This document shows positions 56,901 through 64,000 of a stretch of 64,000 nucleotides of DNA, in pieces. The DNA is from Eledone cirrhosa (Eukaryota): positions 56,110,001-56,174,000 of the forward strand of contig OZ024746.1 in assembly GCA_964016885.1 (NCBI GenBank). The letters run 5' to 3'. The position numbers and the translations under genes were made by a program. The notes below the pieces were generated by a model. It ran no database searches. It had not been told where the DNA came from and worked only from the letters and a program-made list of their open reading frames with translations. The stretch's first letter is position 1. Each line of letters starts with the position of its first letter.

Positions 56901-57395
56901 GAGGGGAATTGAATACTGCGTGGTTGTACATGGGTTGCATATGATAAAAATAGTCCTTCATCAGTGATTTTCCAACCTTCATTGGTATCACTTTAAAAAT
57001 CATATACCTCCAGTTGGTGCGAGCAATAGCTAAATAAAGCTATTGGGACAAGTAAATCGCGTAAAGCGAGCGAGACAAGTAAACAAACATAGAAGGATAG
57101 CAACGCAAAGATAGGAAAAAACAAACACATGGGAGTCCGATCAGCTTAAGCTGTGTGGATTTCATGGGCGAGAGACAACAGACCATGCGACGCGAGTTAG
57201 GTGTGAGCAAAAAAGGACCCCACTTCAGGCCAAACGGGAGGAAGTGAGAAGGGGAGAAGCAGAGAGTGAATGATATATATATATATATATATATATAGTT
57301 GTAGAACACGGGTGAGTAATATCCGTAGTGGTAGAGCACTCAGTTCATGGGACGAGTTAGGTAGAAGTGGTTACACAACAGTTAGTTCACCACAC

Positions 57396-57433
57396 CGAGA
57401 ACAATTGATTCACCTTAGCGGATCCTCAGCTCG
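57396..57433 (-). ncRNA. Minimal HHR relic with a single core change (GAAT)
   Basis: CGAG-CTGAGGA-T-CC[GCTAA]GG-T-GAAT-CAATTG-TT-CTCG. Confidence 0.55.
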
Positions 57434-57535
57434 TAATAGACATCGTTATACGGAACAGGAAGGGCAACCGTACGAACGCGCATGCGCAGAAACAGTCACT
57501 TGACTCAGGCAATACTAAATTGTGTGCGAGATGTG

Positions 57536-57728
57536 TAAATATTAAAATAACAGATTAAAGTTTATGCAAAGAAGCGGTGCTTTCATCCTGAAAGCAGCGA
57601 TTCTTTGCTTAAACTTAATCTGTTATATTAATAAATATTTGCTCTAGGGTTCTTATATATTTGATATATATTTATACTTATCGAGCCCTCTTTGGATTTT
57701 AGTCTTCACATTTATTATTATTACTATA
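57536..57728. mobile_element. PLE C-family 3' end folded back inside the HHR region
   Basis: GCTTTCA-TCC-TGAAAGC centre at ~57589. Confidence 0.75.
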
Positions 57729-57803
57729 TTGTTATTTTTATCTAAAGGCTTTTCTTCCAATTCCATCCCGCCCGTACCCTTAATCTATCTTATATCTCAT
57801 TCT

Positions 57804-57841
57804 TTCTACTGATGAAGGACTAGCATCCGAAATGTTAAGAA
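57804..57841 (+). ncRNA. Minimal HHR relic
   Basis: TTCTA-CTGATGA-A-GGA[CTAGCA]TCC-GAAA-TG-TT-AAGAA; stem III is probably CpG-decayed ACGT. Confidence 0.45.
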
Positions 57842-57926
57842 CCTCTTCCTGCTATATCAAGCGTTAACCTAACTCTCCATATACTCCATATACTCTACCG
57901 ATTGTGTTATTTCTGTTTACCTTTTT

Positions 57927-57996
<70 letters not shown>

Positions 57997-57999
<3 letters not shown>

Positions 58000-58436
58000 C
58001 GGGTAAAATTCCAGAGATCCATGGACGAGTTCTCTCCAGCGGTCACTGTCCCTCATTATCGCTGCCATGTCCTTTGTCTCCAACATACCAGTGTCTGTCC
58101 TTAGGGCATCAACATAAGTTAACCTTGGTCTTCTTCTTCCAGTGTGTCCATGTAGGGGCTCCCACAAGAGCACTGAGTGCAATGTCAACTCTGGATGTCG
58201 GTGAGCATGTCCACCTAACCTCAGTCTCCTCTGTGTCCTTTTTTAGCTGACTTTTGGGAGGCTCCCATACAGCTCTGAGTTTTCCATCCTCATTGTATAC
58301 TGATTAATGTTCAGAGCCACCCTCAGCATTCTCGTGTAGCACCCATCCACCATCTGAGTGAGTTTCTTGGTCAGTGTCCAAGTCTCAGACCCGTACAGCA
58401 GCACATACTCCACTACAGCAATGAAGAGGCGGACGT
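57997..58436 (-). mobile_element. RTE-like LINE 3' fragment
   Basis: LLYGSETWTL..GCYTRMLR, RRRPRLTYVD..DRWREL; ends in (TA)n. Confidence 0.85.
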
Positions 58437-58540
58437 TATATGTATACACAATTAAATTAAGGGTCACATGCCCGAGAGACATGCACCATATCCACCGTAG
58501 AATATGTTCAAAGATTCCAATGAATAGATCCGAGCGTTTT

Positions 58541-59340
<800 letters not shown>

Positions 59341-59344
<4 letters not shown>

Positions 59345-60219
59345 CAAATAACGAAACGAAATTAAATTTCGTTTCGTTTGTAACTCACTTTTGTATGACT
59401 GACGCTTAAACAATTAAGTTAAAAATGTACATCCACATATGTATACTGAAATACTAGTATGCATATGAATACACACACGTATACATATGTAGATGTACCG
59501 AGTTTTTCACTGGTCACTTTACTGTGAGTGTCCAGCTATTCTGTATGTAAACACACAGACAAACCGGTTTTTAGAGTCATACTGGTTTTTGAGGAAACAC
59601 CTTTCCTCTATTCTCCAGAAAGCCAGGCAAGGAATATTGAACTAGTTTCGATGTTGTTACATCTCATCAGCAATATTTACCTATCTTCCGGCCTCTCTAG
59701 AGAATCGTAAAAGCACATATCGTTATATGCTTTTTCTATGAAAATTAGTAGTGGGCAGACTAATTTGCATAGAGTGTGAGTACGTACCGGTTCAACGGAG
59801 ACGATAAAAACAAATAACGAAACGAAATTAAATTTCGTTTCGTTTGTAACTCACTTTTGTATGACTGACGCTTAAACAATTAAGTTAAAAATGTACATCC
59901 ACATATGTATACTGAAATACTAGTATGCATATGAATACACACACGTATACATATGTAGATGTACCGAGTTTTTCACTGGTCACTTTACTGTGAGTGTCCA
60001 GCTATTCTGTATGTAAACACACAGACAAACCGGTTTTTAGAGTCATACTGGTTTTTGAGGAAACACCTTTCCTCTATTCTCCAGAAAGCCAGGCAAGGAA
60101 TATTGAACTAGTTTCGATGTTGTTACATCTCATCAGCAATATTTACCTAAATATTTACTCTAAAAACCGGTTTGTCTGTGTGTTTACATACAGAATAGCT
60201 GGACACTCACAGTAAAGTG
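59341..60219 (-). mobile_element. Retrozyme-like tandem repeat H: 466-bp unit, ~1.7 apparently identical copies, plus a ~63-bp inverted tail (60157-60219)
   Basis: Offset 466 (59341/59807; ORF echoes 59528/59994); one HHR per unit. Confidence 0.85.
59633..59677 (-). ncRNA. Fully canonical minimal type-I HHR (identical copy 60099-60143)
   Basis: AATATTG-CTGATGA-GATGT[AACA]ACATC-GAAA-CTAG-TT-CAATATT. Confidence 0.92.
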
Positions 60220-61439
60220 AGAACTAGTCTGTTAGACTGGATTTAAAAAAAAAACCTTCTTAAATAACTTTAATAACATATATGCTAAAACTTTAATAAT
60301 TAGTGCTTCAGTTTTTCTAAAATTATATTTAGGTGTATAAATTTACAATATATTAAAAGTAAAGATTGCAAGCAAAAATCTACATTTTAGAACAAAAGTC
60401 TAATTTCATCTACAAAATCTACATACCGCGGCTTCGATCCGGCAAAGGAATAGACATTATTTAAGATAATTAATAAATACGAATGTCTTAATATATGTAT
60501 ATATATCTATATATATATACATACATGCACACATATATATATATATGTACGTATGGATTCACCGAACATTTATTATAATGCTCGGTGTGTTTGTAAACAA
60601 ACATCCCGTATTAAGCCGTAGTGTCTAGCAACAATCGTTGCTCGTTTGTTCAACACTGACAAAAGAACGCTGTACTAGTTTCAAGCTTATTAGCTATCGA
60701 CAGCAACGTATACCTTCCTGCCAGATTGTTGAACGTATATACTTACTCTAAGTATCGAGTACGCTGGTGCGTTATGCTCCACCTGGTATCTCACTACACT
60801 CTGTTATATATATATATATATATATAGCCATTAACATTCTACTTACTTAAGGTGAGACTTTATATCCCATTGGTACTCATTGTAGTGTGTTAATATGAAT
60901 ATCCCGTCGAAGCAAAACATTGTTTTTTTGTGGAAAAGTGATATCATTGTACACAACTATATTATGTTGAACAATGAAATAAAAATGTAGAAACTTTAGT
61001 AGGTAGCCCTTCTATTGGAAACTATTAAATCTGTGAAATATATCTTTCTTCCTAGTTATCGAATAAGCTGTTCTACAAAACTAGAATCTATGTAGGAGAA
61101 AGCTTTAGGTTAAATAGCCTGAAAGTTTGAGACACGCTTATCTACCTGAAAGTATAAGTGCTTACTTGTTTATTTAAAATGGAAAAAGTTTAACAAATAT
61201 GTCGGTTAGAAATTCATGTTCCATTAAATAGATTCAAAAATGTTCCACTATAAGAGCTATTGATATATTACCTGATTCAGACTAATATTAAATTATCAAA
61301 CTCAAGACCTCTTCAATTACAATTACTCCGTATATCTCCTACGGTAAAATCAACCGAAATTTTCATCATGTCTTCTCATATTATATGATAAACGACAATA
61401 TACTAAACCACATTCACTTAGTGAGGTAAAACACGTCAG

Positions 61440-61575
61440 TTCGGACCAAGGAAACAAAGTTGCCAAAATGAAATAAAGTGTCTTACTCAAGGATATAACG
61501 CATCGCGCGAATCGGGAATCGAACTCATATCCTCACGATTATGAATCCAACTTTATTATCACTACTACACGCTCC
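61440..61575 (-). mobile_element. Degenerate SINE-like fragment of a second family
   Basis: Reverse complement contains B-box-like GAGTTCGATTCC. Confidence 0.45.
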
Positions 61576-61934
61576 CATATAGTCCCTCATTAATTGTGAG
61601 GAATTATGTAATATTCTGATGTAGTAAATATGAATAGGTATAACATGCATTTCTTTTTAATTTCATATCATAGCCATACATGATATAATTATAGATAACA
61701 GCCCAAGTAAACAGTATTGGTTGATAAATCAAAGGGTTATTTATCGGTAATCGGCCAAGTTATATTTCGGTTTCGGTGCATCTCTATATATTTGCATGTG
61801 TACTGACAATTACGTGTGTATATATGTGTACACTTTCTTTTTTATTAATCGAGTTAGATTTTAATAAGACCTTTATTCTAACAGCAGGGCAAGGCCCAAG
61901 ATGCACGCATATACTTACACGCACACACATACAG

Positions 61935-61973
<39 letters not shown>

Positions 61974-62591
61974 AATGGGGGTGTGTATGTATGTGTGCAT
62001 GTATGCATGTACGCGTGTATATTTATATGATCAATCATTGAGGTATTTGATATTGCATTAAAAAACAAAAGGTAAGGTTGTATCTGTACGAACAGCAGGG
62101 TTCTCGTTGGCCCTCTATTTAAAAGCTTATCAACGGGGATGTATGTTAAAGCTCTCATTAACACCGGCTTCAAACAAACAATTAAATATCCTTCAACCGT
62201 AAAACCTGATAGACTGCAAACAATGTTTATGTTACACTCGCTTTGATCTTAATCGCACTCTAGGCGCCTCGTTCCGCTCCGTGATAATCAAGGACGCCAT
62301 GGAGTGCTAAGTACTGGTAAACATATCCAGTAATGCCATTATAACGTTCCTTGGATGTCTGCCTCTGTTCATAAATGCATTCGTATGTGTATTCGCTATA
62401 CTTGGTAACATAAGTATTTCTATTTCCCGTCAAGCAACAATTATGGCAGTTAATCCTTATATATACGTATCTCTCTCTCTATATATATATATATTGAGAA
62501 TATGTTGGTTGTTTACTGTCACCACAGTATGCAGATTGGAGCATTCGACGAAGTACGCAGGTTGGTTTGTTTACTCCGGAGTTTTGTAAAG

Positions 62592-62975
62592 TTAAGTCAA
62601 ATAGGTAAAATTTGGCTTCGTTTATTATAAATTATAGATATACCGCTATTTTGTTGGACAGCCATCATTGTCTGTGACGATTTCAGGCTGTCCGAATTGG
62701 TATGGTAGAGACGGGTACACATGTTGTTTAAGTGTTTTTAACTCAGTCAATACTCCTATATGTCCAGCTCCTGGTTGCGTTGATATTCCAGGAGCTGGAC
62801 ATATCAGAGTATTAACAGAGTAAAACACACTTAAACAACATGTGTACCCGTCTCTACCACACCAATTCGGATTGCCTGAAGACGTCAAAGCCAATGATGG
62901 TTGTCACCGAAATATATATAGTGGTATATCTATAATTTATAATAAACGAAGCCAAATTTTACCTATTTGACTTAA
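62592..62975. mobile_element. Older diverged fold-back (arms 62592-62774 / 62788-62975) with a decayed HHR at 62871-62925 (+)
   Basis: ATTGC-CTGAAGA..AGCCA/TGGTT..GAAA-TATATA-TA-GTGGT; 13-bp spacer. Confidence 0.75.
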
Positions 62976-63156
62976 TTATTTTATATTTATATATATATTT
63001 ATTTATTCATTTATCACATTTTGTTAAATCGCAGTAACTCCAGAGTTACAAGGCTCACTATTTCGGCCAGATAAATGACTTCTACATCGGTGTTCAGTAC
63101 TCTTGTCTCTCAGCTGCCAAGCATATGCGTTTGTATATCTATTATATATCTATATA

Positions 63157-63195
<39 letters not shown>

Positions 63196-63349
63196 TTTTG
63201 TCGATACAAATCTGAAGATATATACCTCCAAACTAGTATATGGGGCGGTGGGTTTGTTCATTTGATATATTCAGGTATAACTACAATGTTGCGTTCACAT
63301 ATGCACATACATTTTCCCCATAAAAAATATATATTTGCTACTATAAATG

Positions 63350-63434
<85 letters not shown>

Positions 63435-63765
63435 TGCTTATGCGTGTGTGTATGTATGTATATACATACTTTAGTTTCACTTATTTGACAAGTGATATCA
63501 TCTGAGAATGTGTTGAAACTGAGGCAATACAATTGTAGACGCGTTATTTTGGCCATTAAAAAACGCATAAAGTGTTAAATTTATTTTGCACTTATCGATT
63601 ATCTGTTAGTTTTGACATTTGTACACTTTGGTCGCTCTTTTTCTATACATATAACGTATATGATTTCATATATTTTTCATATCAATAAGTAAATAGAGAG
63701 AAAAATATCTATGTATGTTATCTCTCTCACTCTCTCTCTCTCTATATATATATGTATATATACTC

Positions 63766-63826
<61 letters not shown>

Positions 63827-63831
<5 letters not shown>

Positions 63832-64000
63832 ATAATTTGAAGACTAAAATCCAAAGAGGGCTCGATAAATAAAAATACCTCGTGTATATAAGAACCGTAG
63901 AGCATATATTTATTAAAATAACAAATTAAAGTTTAAGCAAAGAATTGCTGCTTTCACCCTTAACGGGATCTTCCGAAACTAAAAAAGTCAATCTTTGAAC
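63827..64000 (-). mobile_element. 3' end of a PLE C-family copy running off the window; HHR fold at 63930-63980 with CGGAAGA core
   Basis: Matches 52712-52890; preceded by (TA)n. Confidence 0.85.

Overview
Repeat-only eukaryotic (animal) DNA; no host gene or prokaryotic feature is recognisable. The tRNA-derived SINE and the dense (TA)n/(CA)n microsatellites suggest an octopus-like cephalopod (inference). Bases 1-~17.9 kb are a 35-bp tandem satellite with higher-order duplications. The remaining 46 kb contains three decayed Penelope-like retroelements (PLEs; RT + GIY-YIG), RTE- and CR1-type LINE relics, SINEs and many fold-back (palindromic) insertions sitting in (TA)n tracts. Reading by eye, I find about 27 type-I hammerhead ribozyme (HHR) folds from at least 15 unrelated sequence families. 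Four of these families are non-coding tandem units of 322, 431, 466 and 593 bp with one HHR per unit, i.e. candidate retrozymes/circRNA-derived elements. Three of the four share an upstream TATGCAAA(T)-hairpin/TATA module resembling an internal snRNA-type promoter. The satellite itself fades into an HHR-bearing terminus. All folds are manual, none is computed or tested.
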